Assembly: GCF_030144855.1 (NCBI RefSeq) | Contig: NC_082714.1 | Span: forward strand, 109,616,001-109,680,000 | Direction of reading: 5' to 3' | DNA from: Hypanus sabinus | Taxonomy: Eukaryota | Length of the DNA: 64,000 nt | Shown here: in pieces, positions 13,568 to 27,092 of the stretch | How positions within the stretch are numbered: position 1 is the stretch's first letter | How the letters are laid out: every line of letters starts with the position of its first letter | Program-made: the position numbers and the translations under genes | Notes under the pieces: model-generated | Told to the model about the DNA's origin: nothing | Databases searched by the model: none | What the model saw: only the letters and a program-made list of their open reading frames with translations

Positions 13568-13957
13568 GCTCAGTGGCCATTTTATCAGGTAACTCTTGTC
13601 CGTGTTGTATGTCCAAGGGTGTTCTTCTACACACCACTGTTTTAGCACATGGTTACTTCAGTTACTGTCGCCTTCCCAGTCAACTTTAACCAGTCTGGCC
13701 ATTCTCCTCTGACCTCTCTCATTACCAAAGTGCTTCGTCCACAAAGCTGCTGCTTACGGGAACTTTTTTTTTGTTTATTGCACCATCCTCTGTAAACTCC
13801 AGAGGCTGTTGTGAGTGAAATTCCCAGGAGAGCAGCAGTTTCTGGGATACTCAAAGCACCCTGTCTGGCACTAACAATCATTCCACAGTTAAAATCATTT
13901 AGATCACATTTCTTACCCATTCTGCTGTTTGGTTGGAATAACAACTGAACCTCTTGA
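13568..13957 (-). mobile_element. Tc1-family transposon remnant (N-terminal HTH of transposase)
   Basis: MGKKCDLNDFNCGMIVSARQGALSIPETAALLGIS; ctcagtggccattttatcaggta terminal-like motif. A second fragment lies at ~15515-15650. Confidence 0.8.
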
Positions 13958-14649
13958 TCTGTTATTTAGACCAAATATCTTTATTCCCTTGGCTACCTTG
14001 TGTATACTGGTGCAACATGACCACCTAACTTCTATGGTCTGGCCGATGAAGACATATGCATTGTCATTCTATCAACTTGTGTTGACACCTTCAGGGAGTT
14101 GTGGACATACTCCGTGTACATCTCCTGTGTGCCATTAATCTCCCAAAGTACAGTACCTCACATTCGTTTGAATAAAACCCCATCTGTCATTACAATGCTC
14201 AAAATTACCAACTGATCTATATACCGTTGAATCCTTTGACAACCTTCCTAACTGTCCACAATTCCAGTTTGTACGTTCTCTGCAAACTTACCAGTCAGGC
14301 TATTTTCATTTTCATGCAGGTCATATCTATGATAATAACACCATTCTATTTCAAAGTTCAAAGTAAATTAATTATCAAAGTACGTATATGTCAACATATA
14401 CTATTTTCTATACTATAGACAGCCTATAAGATTATATAATATATGCTATATTATATGCTATAGATATTATTTTCTCGCAAGCATTCACAGAAGGTACAAA
14501 GAAAAGCAATAGAATCAATGAAAACTACACACAAACCAAGATAGACAACCAATATACAAAAGACAATCTGTGCAAATACAAAATATTTACAATAAATAAA
14601 TAAATAAACTTTCTCATAACCCAGAGAGTTTACAGGTTGGAAATGACTC

Positions 14650-14950
14650 AAAGATTTAAAGGTTAACTTTGTTTGTCATATGTACATTGAAACATACCGT
14701 AAAATACATCAGTTGTGTCAATTACCAATATGATACGAGGATGTGCTGGGGGCAGCCTGCAAATATCACTATGCTTCTGGCACCATCATAGCATGCCCAC
14801 CTCTTACTAACCTGTACGTCTCTGGAGTGTGGGAAGAAACTGAAGCATCCACAGAAAACACACACAGCCACAGGGAGAACGTATGAACTCCTTACAATGG
14901 CACGATTTCAGCCCCAGTCACTGGTGCTTAAAGCTTCAGCTAGCTGCTAA
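14650..14950 (-). mobile_element. SINE, degenerate
   Basis: gtacgtctctggagtgtgggaagaaactgaagcatcc core in reverse orientation. Confidence 0.55.
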
Positions 14951-16697
14951 ATTTTTGTGTGTAGCAATGAATCAAGTTCCACATGGCAGAAAATAGGGGC
15001 CTAGAGCCCTGCAACAGCTGGCAAAGCCATCCTACCAATTTTCCAAACACTCTGTCATATGTATGGACTATACATTAGTCAAACACTCATAAGTGGAGGA
15101 GGACCTGTATAAAATGGCTTGGGATTCCCTTTATTTGTATTTGTCAAAGACATTTGATAACCATAAAACCATAACAACTAGGAGCAGAATTGGACCATTT
15201 GGCCCATTGAATCTGCTCCATCATTCCACCATGGCTGATATATTAACCCACTCAATCCCATTCTCCCCTTACTAACCAAGAACCTATCAACCTCCACTTT
15301 AAATATGCCCTATGGCTTAGCCTCCACCGCCATCTGTGGCATTGAATTCTATGCATTCAGCACCCTCTGGCAAATGAAATTCCTGCCCATCTCTGTTCTG
15401 ACAATGGGCCAAATGGCCTAAATCTGCTTCTATGTCTTATGGTCTTTGTCTTCAGAGACTGTGCCCTGTGGTCCTAGACTCCTCTACTATTGGAAACTTT
15501 CTCTCAACATGTTTTTGCCCACAGAATTGCGGCTCACTGGATGTTTTCTGTTTCTCACAACGTTCTCTGTAAACTCGAGAGACTGTTGAGCATGAAAATC
15601 TAGAGGATCAGCAGTTTCTGAGATGTTCCATCCACCACTTCTGGCACTAATTTCTTCCTTTCCGCATCATACACACCAAATTATTACTCATACTCATCAT
15701 ACACAAATTCTCATGTTACACTTCAATGTTTTATCTTTTTACCGTACTCGTATAACAACTTCCCCCCGTCCTATTTCTGTTACAATCAATAACCACCCTC
15801 CAGTCCAAGCAGCAGTAGCTACCAAATTGTGCAGTCCAATTATCTGAACTCTACAATTCAGCTACAGTTCTTCATTTGAACAACCTATCCTAATATTTAG
15901 GATTTTATCTCTGTACTGCAGTTCTGAAAAAATATGAGCACACATATCAACCCTCTCCCACTGGTAAAAAAATGGGCCCAATACCATTTAACAGTTCTAT
16001 CTACATGAAAATGTGGGGTAATTGGAGGCAATCATATGTACAGCCTAATGATGAACAGATTCTCAAATGTCGAACCATGAAACCATGTTATTATTGTTAA
16101 AACTGTGTTTGCTTTCATGTCATTTTGAATCCAAATATGAATTGTTCCAAATATGAATACAAATATCAAAGGCAGAACCTGAAATACAAGCATTAAAAAT
16201 TTTGACGTGTTTTTTGAAAGCACAGAATTCTTGAAATTACCATCTCGGGAAATGACGAGTACCTGTAAGATGTTTTTTTAAGAACCTGAGAAGTCACTTA
16301 ATAATAATTAAGGCATAGAATGTCATTAAAATTCAGTTGCATTGCAGGGAACAAACATCAGGTTTTTATAACTGCAGTGGCATGCCAGTAAGTGCTGCCA
16401 TCTCACAGAGCCGCAAGCCCAGGTTGCTTCTGACTTCCTGTCCACACTGTGTGGAGCTTGCACGTAACTATGGGTGTTCCAGTTTCGTCCACACCCCGGA
16501 TATTTGCTGGTATGATGATTGCCCATTCTAAATTACCCCTCAATGTAGATAAGTGGCAAAATAAATAAAGGACGGCAGGGTTGATGGGCATACATGAGAG
16601 AGGTTTCAGTTGAATATCTTGATTTGTAATGGGATTTCTACAAAACAGCATGATGCCGTTGTTAAATAATTGAAAGAAAATACAGCAACACCTAGAC

Positions 16698-16777
16698 CAG
16701 AAGCTCCCAACCTGAGGTCCATGGACCCCTCGGTTAATGGTGGGAGTCCTTGGCATAAAAAGGGTGGGGAACCCCTG
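16698..16777. mobile_element. hAT (Charlie-like) MITE
   Basis: Imperfect TIRs cagaagctcccaac / gtggggaacccctg; 8-bp TSD-like ACCTAGAC / TCCTAGAT (6 of 8 match). Confidence 0.65.
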
Positions 16778-17359
16778 TCCTAGATCCTTTGTTGACTGTT
16801 GATCAGTTTCTAGAGATGATGACGCTGGAGGTTTCGAAATAGTAGAAGAATGGGGAACTCTAGAAACTTTTTTGGATTTTCTTGCTTATCCAAGCATTTA
16901 TAAAATCCAGAAATTGCTGTTGGTTTTCTTTAGTGTAATGATAAGCATTGACCATCCCAATTGCTGTTGAATGTAGTATATGTGCCAATTTACGGAATTG
17001 CTTGACTGAGCCAAATTGTGGGTGCAGGGCAATTTACATGCACCAATGTACAGTGAGCATCAATAAGTTCCCTCTCAGATGGAGCATGTTGCCTTGAGCT
17101 CACTACTGACCTAATGTTGGACCTACTACTGACCTTGCCACCCCAAATGGTCTATCCTGTGTGTTGGATATTATGCATCACCACTCACAGACCAACCCTT
17201 CCCATGTTCATTGCTGATCCCTCCATTTTTGCTTCCAGAACACCTCTATCATGCTTTTGGACCGCCAGATCCATTTCTGATGTTCAACTTCACGCCAGTG
17301 CTATAGATTTCATCTTCAATCAGTTGTGACATTAGTTAAAGCCAATGGAGCTTGCTTAC

Positions 17360-18243
17360 TCAGATTCAGATTCAGTTTATTGTCATTTAGAAACCACAAA
17401 TGCAATGCAGTTAAAAAATGAGACAATGTTCCTCCAGAATGATATCACAAAAGCATATGACAAAACAGACTACACCAGAAAATCCACATAATGTTTGGCA
17501 ATCCCCAATCCAGAGTCTGGAGAGGCTGCTGTGTATTAATATCGCGCTACCGTCTTAGCGCGTACTCCAGAAAGGAGCTCCAAATCCACCAGACAAAACA
17601 AGACCAAAAACTAAAGCTACAAGACCTGCACAAAACCACACAGTTACAACATACAGTTACAACAGTGCAAACAATAGCATAATTGATAAAAAAAACAGAC
17701 CATGGGCACAGTAAAAAATAGTCCAAAGATGTTAAAGGACTATAAGTTCAAAAGAAATCACCACACAGTTTCCACAAGTCCCCAGGGTCCCGACAGACTC
17801 GCCATCCCATGCCGGCGGCAGAAGGGAATACCCCCACTATGGACTTCCAAGGCGCCGCCTGACTCAGCCCCACAGACGCAGCACACACCGAAAGTGACCT
17901 GACCACAGCGGACTCCGAGTCCATCGAACCTCCGAGCCGACAACCATCCCCTCCGGCACAGCTTCTCTGAGCATCATCCTCTGCCGAGCGTATTAAGATG
18001 GCCCCGCCAACGGCCATCGGCAACGCGACCCCGAGGACTGGGGGCCTGTTCTTCCCAGCAGAGTCCCGGACCTCACAGCAGCAGTAGCAATGAAGAAGGC
18101 CTTCCTGGAGATTTCCAGATGTTCCTCCGTGCTCCCACATCCGTTTTCAATTGATTATGATTGTGCATGGCACCCCACTTCACAAATAACAAATAATCAG
18201 CTCCGGAGTGGCTGCTGCAAGCTGCGTTGCGCCGCCATCTTGG
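17360..18243 (-). mobile_element. Young non-autonomous retroelement (~880 bp)
   Basis: Minus strand starts CCAAGATGGCGGC, is CpG-rich, has no RT ORF, and ends AATAAA + (CTGAAT)n tail. Confidence 0.7.
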
Positions 18244-18789
18244 AAATCCACAGATACTCTGTTAGCATCCACAGATTACAACCCAAAGTTTTCAAGCTTT
18301 GCTTTAAAACATGTTCAGACTTTGCAACATGGAGCAGCAAATTTCCACACATTGTACATTGTTGCAAAGGGAGCAGCCTTCAGAAAATGATTTGTGAAAG
18401 GATTCTGGAAATTTTCTAAGAGAAGTGTTTTCCTAAATTGAAGTCTTCAGTAATGGGGGGTACAATTATTAATCATTATTTCATGTTATTTCTCATTGCA
18501 AGTTCCAGACCATGGCAGTCTGTATCATAGGTGAATACTTTACCACTGAGCTAGGCTGACATTTTGAGACAGCACAAAAAACTCTATTACTTCACTGAAC
18601 CACAAGAGGTATAGAGCCAATGACTGTAAGTGTCAAGTAGTTCAGTCAGAGTATGTTTTCAAGAAAGAGGACAATAACATTACATGCTTATAAGTATCTC
18701 ACTGTCAATCCATAACACGACTCACCAAGAACCCACAGAATTAGACAAGGAGTACTTTATTAAAAGGAAGAACGAACTATTGGCGACAA

Positions 18790-21550
18790 AATAGCGCTAC
18801 ATGGTGTCAGCAGCTTGAATGTGTTCTGTTGACTTTAGAAATGATTTGCTTAGAGCACTGGCTTCTTTTAAAGAAACTTTACATGATCACTGTAAGACAA
18901 AGAGATCATATGGTAATGGCTTAAAGAGGCAAATTTGGATTCATCTGCTACATCAAGATGCCAACTGGTATGTAACTCTTTACTACACAGCTATAATTCC
19001 GCAGAGAGAGCTCAAGGTGGATGTATAGCTAACTATCCAGAAATACCAAACTTGCTTTAGTTCCAGTATTGCAGATGGACTCAACAAGTAGTACCATCTT
19101 TATGAATTGGCAATTGTGTTTGAAGGAACAGAAAGTCAGTGGGGAAATACTATTGAGAGCTAAATAAAAGTGAGCAATCATCAGGAAATTCTTCAAAATA
19201 TGTTCCAGTAGCTGTCAAACAAAATCCAAAATTTAAGCTTGAAAGCAGGACAGAAACAGAGATATCCATGCCAGTAGATATTCTTATCCTTTGAATAAAG
19301 AAGTTACTTTTTGTGGACAAGCCAAACAAATAGGAAGTCTCTTTGGATCCAGATAGTGTGAATGAAGTGGTGACGAAGAATATTCATTGGATGAAGACAC
19401 TTGAATATCCCTAGTCAGATCTGAGCAAAGAATATATCTTCAGTCGACAGCATGCCATGAATGGCCATGTGGTGAGATCTAATTTCTACCAACTTTTTTG
19501 AAGATATTTACAGCTGCATATGCAACTGGAGAGCAACACAATACACACAATTTTCACAAAGTTTATCAGATTCTTGGAGGACTTGTTGGCATTATGTTCT
19601 TGCCTTTGAAGAAGAACTGACCAATGCAGTGGGAGAAATGGTCTGTTTATTTATTTAGCAATATAGGGTGGAGTCAGCCCTTTGTGCCATGAGGCCCCAT
19701 CAACTTCACAACTCCAGTTAATCCTAACCTCAACACGGGACAATTTACAATGACCAATTAACCTACCGTCTACATCTTTGGACTGTGGGAGGAAAGCGGA
19801 GCACCCAGGGAAAACCCATGCATTCCACAGGGAGGATGTACAGAGACTTCTTACAGAACAGTGCTGGAATTGAACTCTGAACTCTGGAATGCCCCAAGCT
19901 GCAATGGTGTTGCACTAACCACTATATTACAGTGGCAACTATGACAGAAAGATCAGAGACTTAATTGTTAACTGCAGAGAAGTGATCAAAGTGCACATGC
20001 ATAACTAAGTTTTAGATTGAAAGACATTATTGTCATGTATTTTCCAGTCACCACAGAGGAGCTTAAGCTGGATCCAACAAAGGTAATGGGAGTAATGGAA
20101 ATACCAATCCCAACCCAACAAATGTTTCTAGGAATCGGTGGTTCTTTAATCTGTCAACTTTTTAAGTGAGTACTTTTGAAGGAGGTGTGTGAGCCATTGA
20201 AAAACCAAAAGAGGCAGTTAGACCTGGAGAAGAGAAAGATTGCAGTCACACAGTTAGGTCAAGTGAATAGGCTTCAGGGTCTGCCATTGCAAAGCCGTTG
20301 ATTAAATTTGTGACAATGACCCACAGCAAGGTACTTCACTTAATAAACAACTACAAGAACTGCAGATAGCAATTATGAAAGGCTATCAGCATGACACAGT
20401 CTTGCCCCTTCTATGTTCAAGATAGGCTCAACACATCCAGGAGCCTAGTTTTCAGAGGTGAAAGAGTATCGGTGCTCAAATCAATGGAGGGAGAAATGCT
20501 AGACTAGTACGTCTGGAAGTAAATGACTTTGTCAGGAAAACTCGTGGATTATTGCAAAGTAGAAGTAAAAGACGACACAAAATTGTAACACATACAAACC
20601 TATGTAGACAAAGCAACAAGGGAAATGTGTTCTAGAACATGAAGCAGTAGCTAGACATGGACATAGATTGCAGCAGTTCACTTAATGACTGATGGCAAGA
20701 ACTACGGTGACAATTAGTTATTTTTCCAACATCCGCAAAATGGACTTGCCTCTGTCCATCACCATTCATAAGGTGAAGGCTCAGGCTGACCAAATATTAT
20801 ATTCCGTATGAGTTTGAGACAGTGATCTACAATATATTGCAGATGAGTTTTCCAGGTTTGTGACTATGCTGGAATTGGATCATTACTACAACCTCAAAAC
20901 AGAATCCACAAATCCAACAGAAAAGCTGATGATTCTGTGAAGACAGCTTTTGCTTCTGAGAAAGGCCAAAGAAGCACACACAGATCATAGCTCTGACTCA
21001 TTGGCAGGATTAATTTCCACTTCAGTCTAGAAACTGAGGATTCGCTGGACCAGGACAACCCTGCCAACAGATGCAAGATTGCTGAAACCTAAAATTCCAA
21101 GAGGACTAAGCATTCAGGGAAGAGGGAGAAGGAAATGTTAGATTTCTATTACAGCTGGATAGCTGAGCAGATGTCATACCAGCTATGATATGAATCCAAC
21201 TAGACTGCCAACAAGTAAAATAATTAGAAAGTTACAGTCATTAGATAGTTGCTACAACTAAATTCTAGAAGATAAAGATCAAGAAAGCATTTATGTAGCA
21301 CAGGATTGGGCTTTCTCTGGAAAAAGATTGAGGAGAATGAAGCCAATGATAGAAGATGCATGGTAATCCTGGCTGTGGAACAAGAGATCCTTAACCCAAC
21401 AAGTCAAAAAAAGCATCAGTCATTGAAGGCGTATTTGGGAGAGCAATTTGAACTATTTGTACTGAAGAAGATGTCGCTGGATTTTATAGAAATTTTATAC
21501 AGTAAGCGCAGTGATTTGTTTTAAGAAATAATTTAAATTGCAAAGAGACT
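18790..21550 (+). mobile_element. Heavily decayed Gypsy-type LTR retrotransposon internal region (approximate limits)
   Basis: tggtgtcag PBS-like start; remnants such as MEIPIPT..MFLG (RT-RH linker), DGKNY...YFSN, and an NPQ-SNRKADDSVKTA integrase-like motif; many stops and frameshifts. Confidence 0.55.
19645..19935 (-). mobile_element. SINE inserted in the Gypsy relic
   Basis: ggacaatttacaatgaccaattaaccta...tctttggactgtgggaggaaagcggagcaccc...gaattgaactc; (TTTA)n tail. Confidence 0.7.
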
Positions 21551-21929
21551 ATGGTCCATAAATGTGTTTAGATTCATTGAAGCGGTATTGATATACAGTA
21601 GATTCCACTGTACAGCATGCTGAAATCAGAACACTTGCAATAGGATTTAAGGGATGGGTTGCCATCTGGTGCCATCTCATGGTAGTACAGCAGTTGTTGG
21701 TATCAAATAGTTAGAGATCAGAAGTCAATCCCACTGAAATCTTGCAAATAGCTCAAAGACTCCATATAACATGACTCGTGAAAGTATCAAAGTGTATTGT
21801 ATTATTGGTGACAATATTGCAGAATAAATATCAGGCCATTGTATAAAGTTACAAGCTCATTCAAAGCTTCTCCCACCACCACCTTCCCAATGCATCCCTG
21901 CATTTAACAAAATCAAGCGTGCTTAACTG

Positions 21930-22330
21930 TTAGCACTTCTCCTTCTTGAGTTAGTAGATATGATTCACGTCTTACACCAGAGTGCAAAATTGGAATTCAA
22001 AGTAATTAGAGTCTCAAAGTAATCTCACTTAAGTACTTTAGAGTGCTCTACTATCAGATCTATCTTTCAGAAGAGATGTTAAGTCAAAGTCTGTATCACA
22101 TGTAAGGAACACATGTCATCATTGGGAAAAACAGGCCAATATTTATTCTTCTATCTCCTCATTAAAGCAGATAATCATGCTATTTATTTCATTGCTATGT
22201 TTGGGACTTTCCTATACAAAACTTAGCTACTACGTTTCCTTTGTTCAACAAAGACTTCCTTCAAAAACAATCTACTTGACCATGAAATACTCTGGCAAGT
22301 CCACCTGTGTAAAAGTCCCTAAAGCTGTAG
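21930..22330 (+). mobile_element. Ancient Deu-domain SINE (SacSINE1/AmnSINE-like)
   Basis: Degenerate match to the recalled consensus (agagtgctctactatcaga...ctttcagaagagatgttaa...ggccaatatttat). A reverse copy lies at ~61985-62370. Confidence 0.5.
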
Positions 22331-22599
22331 TGATGTCTGATCAAACAGTACTCCAAAATCCCCACTGATATTAATAACAATAGGTATTTAATGTAATAAG
22401 ACTTCTGAGGTGTTTCACAAGAGCATTAACATTTTCAGAAGATATTAAAACAGTGATCAAAACCTTGGTCAAACAGGTTAGTTTCAAAGGGTATCTTAGA
22501 GGGAATAATGTAAGGGGAGAGCTTTAAGGAGAAATTTGCAGAATTTTGGATCTTGCTAGAGTGACTAAGATCACCTGAGCCTGCTGTATTTGAGAATAT

Positions 22600-22990
22600 A
22601 TGTTGCCGAAATTCTCATTGAAGCCTCTGATATCTCCAGGTCTGACTATTCCACCACACTCCTTGCTGACCTCCTATAGCCTATTCTCCATAAGTTTGAG
22701 GTCATCCAACAAGTCTGCCTATGTTGAATCCAATTTATTGATTTTTCCTGTGATTTCCAACCTTCAATGACTTCTGGTAAACCAGTACTCTGCTTTTAAA
22801 ATGCACATCCTTGTTCTCAATCCCTTAATCACTCTTGCCAGTTTCTATATTAATCTCTATCTGTATAACCCTCCAAGATATCTGCACTCCTCCTGTTCTA
22901 CACCCATGTGCATCTCTAATTGTTCCAGATTCTAACTGTAATTGTGTCTATAGCTACAAAGGTCCTAAGCTCAGGATGACTGACAAATAA
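22600..22990 (+). mobile_element. Old L2-like LINE 3' fragment
   Basis: tccaggtctgactattcc...ctccttgctgacctcc...gaggtcatccaa resembles SRLDYSNALLAGLP..KLELIQN. Confidence 0.45.
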
Positions 22991-23366
22991 TGGAAGGGCT
23001 TTTTCCTTCCTTGTTTCATTTAAGTCTGGGAAGTATTTATTCCAGTCTTGGTAACTTCACTTTCAAAGATGCTAAACCTTAACACATTTTTGTCTATGTT
23101 TATCCAATCCTCACAATTTTCACAGTCCTCCTGTCAGGAAATGTAGAGGAGGTTTGAGCCAAAACCAGAGCAGTGGAGACAATTTAGCAGTAAACAATAA
23201 TTTATTAATAAACTGCAAAATAACAAAATAAATCTGGGTCAGTAGTTATGCCTTGAGGTGGAAGAATGTAACCCAGGATGGAAGTTACAGGGGTATAGGA
23301 CTGACTTACAGTACAAAGGGTTTTCGAGGAGATGTTGAAGGACTAAACAAGATATTGAGTATAAGA

Positions 23367-23716
23367 TCTGTGTATAAGATGATGAGGGGCATTGATAGCC
23401 AAAGGATTTTTCCCAGGGCTGACATGAGGGGGCATAGTTTAAAGGTGCTTGGAAACAGGTATCTAGGGGATGTCAGGGGTAAATTTTTCACACAGAGAGT
23501 GGTGAGCGTGTGGAATGGGCTGCCAGCAGCGGTGGTGGAAGCAGATACAATAGGGTCTTTTAAGAGCCTCTTAAGTAGGTACATGGAGCTTAAAAAAGTA
23601 GAGGGCTATGCACTAGGCTAATTTTAGGCAGTTTCTAGAGTAGGTTACATGGGTGGCATAACATTGTGGGCCAAAGGGCCTGTAATGTGCTGTAAATTTC
23701 TATGCTCTATGTTCTA
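23367..23716 (+). mobile_element. CR1 LINE 3' end nested in the Gypsy element
   Basis: VYKMMRGID..RGHSLKV..FFTQRVVSVWNGLP; (TTCTATG)-type tail. Confidence 0.88.
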
Positions 23717-24814
23717 AATATGCACGACAGACATGGCCTTGGGAGTCCATGGAGAAGATGAGGATGTCATTGAGGTAGATGAACACATACCTGTATAGCT
23801 TATCTTGCTAATGAGGCTTGGAAAATAGTTGGACTGTCGGGAAGTCCAGAAGTATTTGTAGTAGCCAGTGTATGTTATGAACACCATCTTCTACTCATCC
23901 CCCCAGTGGACGTGGATCAGGTCGCATGTGCTTCGCAGATCCAGTTTGGTGACAATCTGGCCCCACAGAGTGTTTCGAATCAAGGGGAGAGAGTAGTTCT
24001 TCATGGTGACTTTGTTGAGTCCATGGTAGGTGATGCAGGGATGGATCATCTTTGACAAAGAAAAATACTACACCAGATGGTCATATGAAGCCAAGCTGGG
24101 GTCTATGAGGCGGCTGGGTGCTGGCTTCCCTTTTACTGAAGGCAATGGCTAAATCATGTTATTCCTGTGTGAGCTTGGTGACGTTGAGGGCTTCCTCCAT
24201 CTCCATGGATTTACAGGGTGAAGTCAATTGAGGCGGCAGGCAGGTGGGTAAACTGAATGCCCAGCTGAAGTGAGGGCCGTAAGTGGAGAGCCAGGGGTAG
24301 CCGAAATGAGAGTGTTTGGTGAGTCAATCAGGACTCACTGTGCTCTCCGATGCTCATGTGCACAGGTGATGCATACACTCTGGTCATCCCAGGCCCCAAT
24401 GGACGTCCGTCAACGGCCACAATGCAGAATGGGTGCAAGACAGGCTTAGTGGGGAGTCCAAGCTGCACACATGGAATCTCTCCAGAAAGTTGCCTACTGT
24501 GCCAGAATCCACCAAAGCCTCCTGTGTGCATATAGACTGAGGAATGGAGGAGAACAGAGAGAGTGAGTCGGGCTATGGCGATGGAATGAGTGGCTGGGGG
24601 AGCTTACCCTCATCTCCACCTGGTGTTGCAGTGTCCCAGATCCACTGGGCATTTGAATGGTGGCTAATCCGCAGCTACACAGTAAGTGCACAAGTTGTTT
24701 CTCTACCAACACTCATGTTCTTGGAGGGGCTTGGTTGCTAAGGGAGCTCTCCCTACCTGCAAGGATTCTGGAGGCTTTGCTGACGAGGGTCCTGGAGCCT
24801 GAGGTGGACTGGCA

Positions 24815-27092
24815 TTCTGGGAATGGGACTGGGAATCCAGGAACGGAACAGGGGTTCTGGTAATGGGACTGGGGTTCTGGGAATGGGATGGGGTTCTAAG
24901 AATGAGACTGGGGTTCCGGTAACCAGATTGGGTTTCTGGGAATGGGACTGGGGTTCTGGGAATGGAATGGGGCTCTAGGAATGGAAACTGGGGTTCTAGT
25001 AATGGGACTGGGGTTCTGGGAATGGAACTGGGGTTCTGGGATTGGGACTGGGGTTCTGGGAATGGGACTGGGGTTCTGGGATTGGAACTGGTACTCTAGG
25101 AATGGAACTGGGGTTCCGGTAACCAGATTGGGTTTCTGGGAATGGCACTGGGGTTCTGGGAATGGAATGGGGTTCTAGGATTGGGAACTGGGGTTCTGGG
25201 AATGGAACTGGGGTTCTGGGATTGGGACTGGGGTTCTGGGAATGGGACAAGAGTTCCGGTAACCAGATTGGGTTTCTGGGAATGGGACTGGGCTTCTGGG
25301 AATGGGATAGGGTTCTAGGAATGAGACTGAGGTTCTGGGAATGGGACTGGGGTTCTGGGATTGGAACTAGGGTTCTAGGAATGGGACTGAGGTTCTGGTA
25401 ACCATATTGGGTTTCTGGGAATGGGACTGGGGTTCTGGAAATGGAATGGGGTTCTAGGAATGGGAACTGGGGTTCTGGAATTGGGACTGGGGTTCTGGGA
25501 ATGGGACTGGGGTTCCGGTAACCAGATTGGGTTTCTGGGAATGGGACTGGGGTTCTGGGAATGGAATGGGGCTCTAGGAATGGAAACTGGGGTTCTGGGA
25601 ATGGAACTGGGGTTCTGGGATTGGGACTGGGGTTCTGGGAATGGGACAAGAGTTCCGGTAACCAGATTGGGTTTCTGGGAATGGGACTGGGCTTCTGGGA
25701 ATGGGATAGGGTTCTAGGAATGAGACTGAGGTTCTGGGAATGGGACTGGGGTTCTGGGATTGGAACTAGGGTTCTGGTAATGGGACTGGGGTTCTGGGAA
25801 TGGGATGGGGTTCTAAGAATGAGACTGGGGTTCCGGTAACCAGATTGGGTTTCTGGGAATGGGACTGGGGTTCTGGGAATGGAATGGGGCTCTAGGAATG
25901 GAAACTGGGGTTCTAGTAATGGGACTGGGGTTCTGGGAATGGGACTGGGGTTCTGGGATTGGAACTGGTACTCTAGGAATGGAACTGGGGTTCCGGTAAC
26001 CAGATTGGGTTTCTGGGAATGGCACTGGGGTTCTGGGAATGGAATGGGGTTCTAGGATTGGGAACTGGGGTTCTGGGAATGGAACTGGGGTTCTGGGATT
26101 GGGACTGGGGTTCTGGGAATGGGACAAGAGTTCCGGTAACCAGATTGGGTTTCTGGGAATGGGACTGGGCTTCTGGGAATGGGATAGGGTTCTAGGAATG
26201 AGACTGAGGTTCTGGGAATGGGACTGGGGTTCTGGGATTGGAACTAGGGTTCTAGGAATGGGACTGAGGTTCTGGTAACCATATTGGGTTTCTGGGAATG
26301 GGACTGGGGTTCTGGAAATGGAATGGGGTTCTAGGATTGGGAACTGGGGTTCTGGGATTGGGACTGGGGTTCTGGGATTGGAACTGGGGTTCTAGGAATG
26401 GGACTGGGGTTCTGGTAACCATATTGGGTTTCTGGGAATGGGACTGGGGTTCTGGAAATGGAATGGGGTTCTAGGAATGGGAACTGGGGTTCTGGAATTG
26501 GGACTGGGGTTCTGGGAATGGGACTGGGGTTCCGGTAACCAGATTGGGTTTCTGGAAATGGGACTGGGCTTCTGGGAATGGGATAGGGTTCTAGGAATGA
26601 GACTGGGGTTCTGGGAATGGGACTGGGGTTCTGGTAACCAGATTGGGTTTCTGAGAATGGGACTGGGGTTCCGGTAACCAGATTGGGTTTCTGGGAATGG
26701 GACTGGGGTTCTGGGAATGGGACTGGGGTTCTGGTAACCAGATTGGGTTTCTGAGAATGGGACTGGGGTTCTGGGATTGGAACTGGTGTTCTAGGAATGG
26801 GTTGGGGTTCTGGTAACCAGATTGGGTTTCTAGGAATGAGACTGGGGTTCTGGGAATGGGACTGGGGTTCTGGTAACCAGATTGGGTTTCTGGGAATGGG
26901 ACTGGGGTTCTGGGAATGGGACTGGGGTTCTGGTAACCAGATTGGGTTTCTGAGAATGGGACTGGGGTTCCGGTAACCAGATTGGGTTTCTGGGAATGGG
27001 ACCGGGGTTCTGGGATTGGAACTGGTGTTCTAGGAATGGGTTGGGGTTCTGGTAACCAGATTGGGTTTCTAGGAATGAGACTGGGGTTCTGG
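24815..27092. repeat. G-rich 19-20 bp minisatellite (CTGGGAATGGGACTGGGGTT)n, roughly 115 units, with higher-order duplications
   Basis: Directly visible. Variant marker GGGACAAGAGTTCCGG recurs at 25244, 25643 and 26121. Confidence 0.97.

Noticed and set aside
24942-26677. Trp/Gly-rich and Pro-rich ORFs (MGLGFWEW.., PEPQSH..)
   Set aside because: Translations of a 19-20 bp minisatellite; the frame shifts with each unit.
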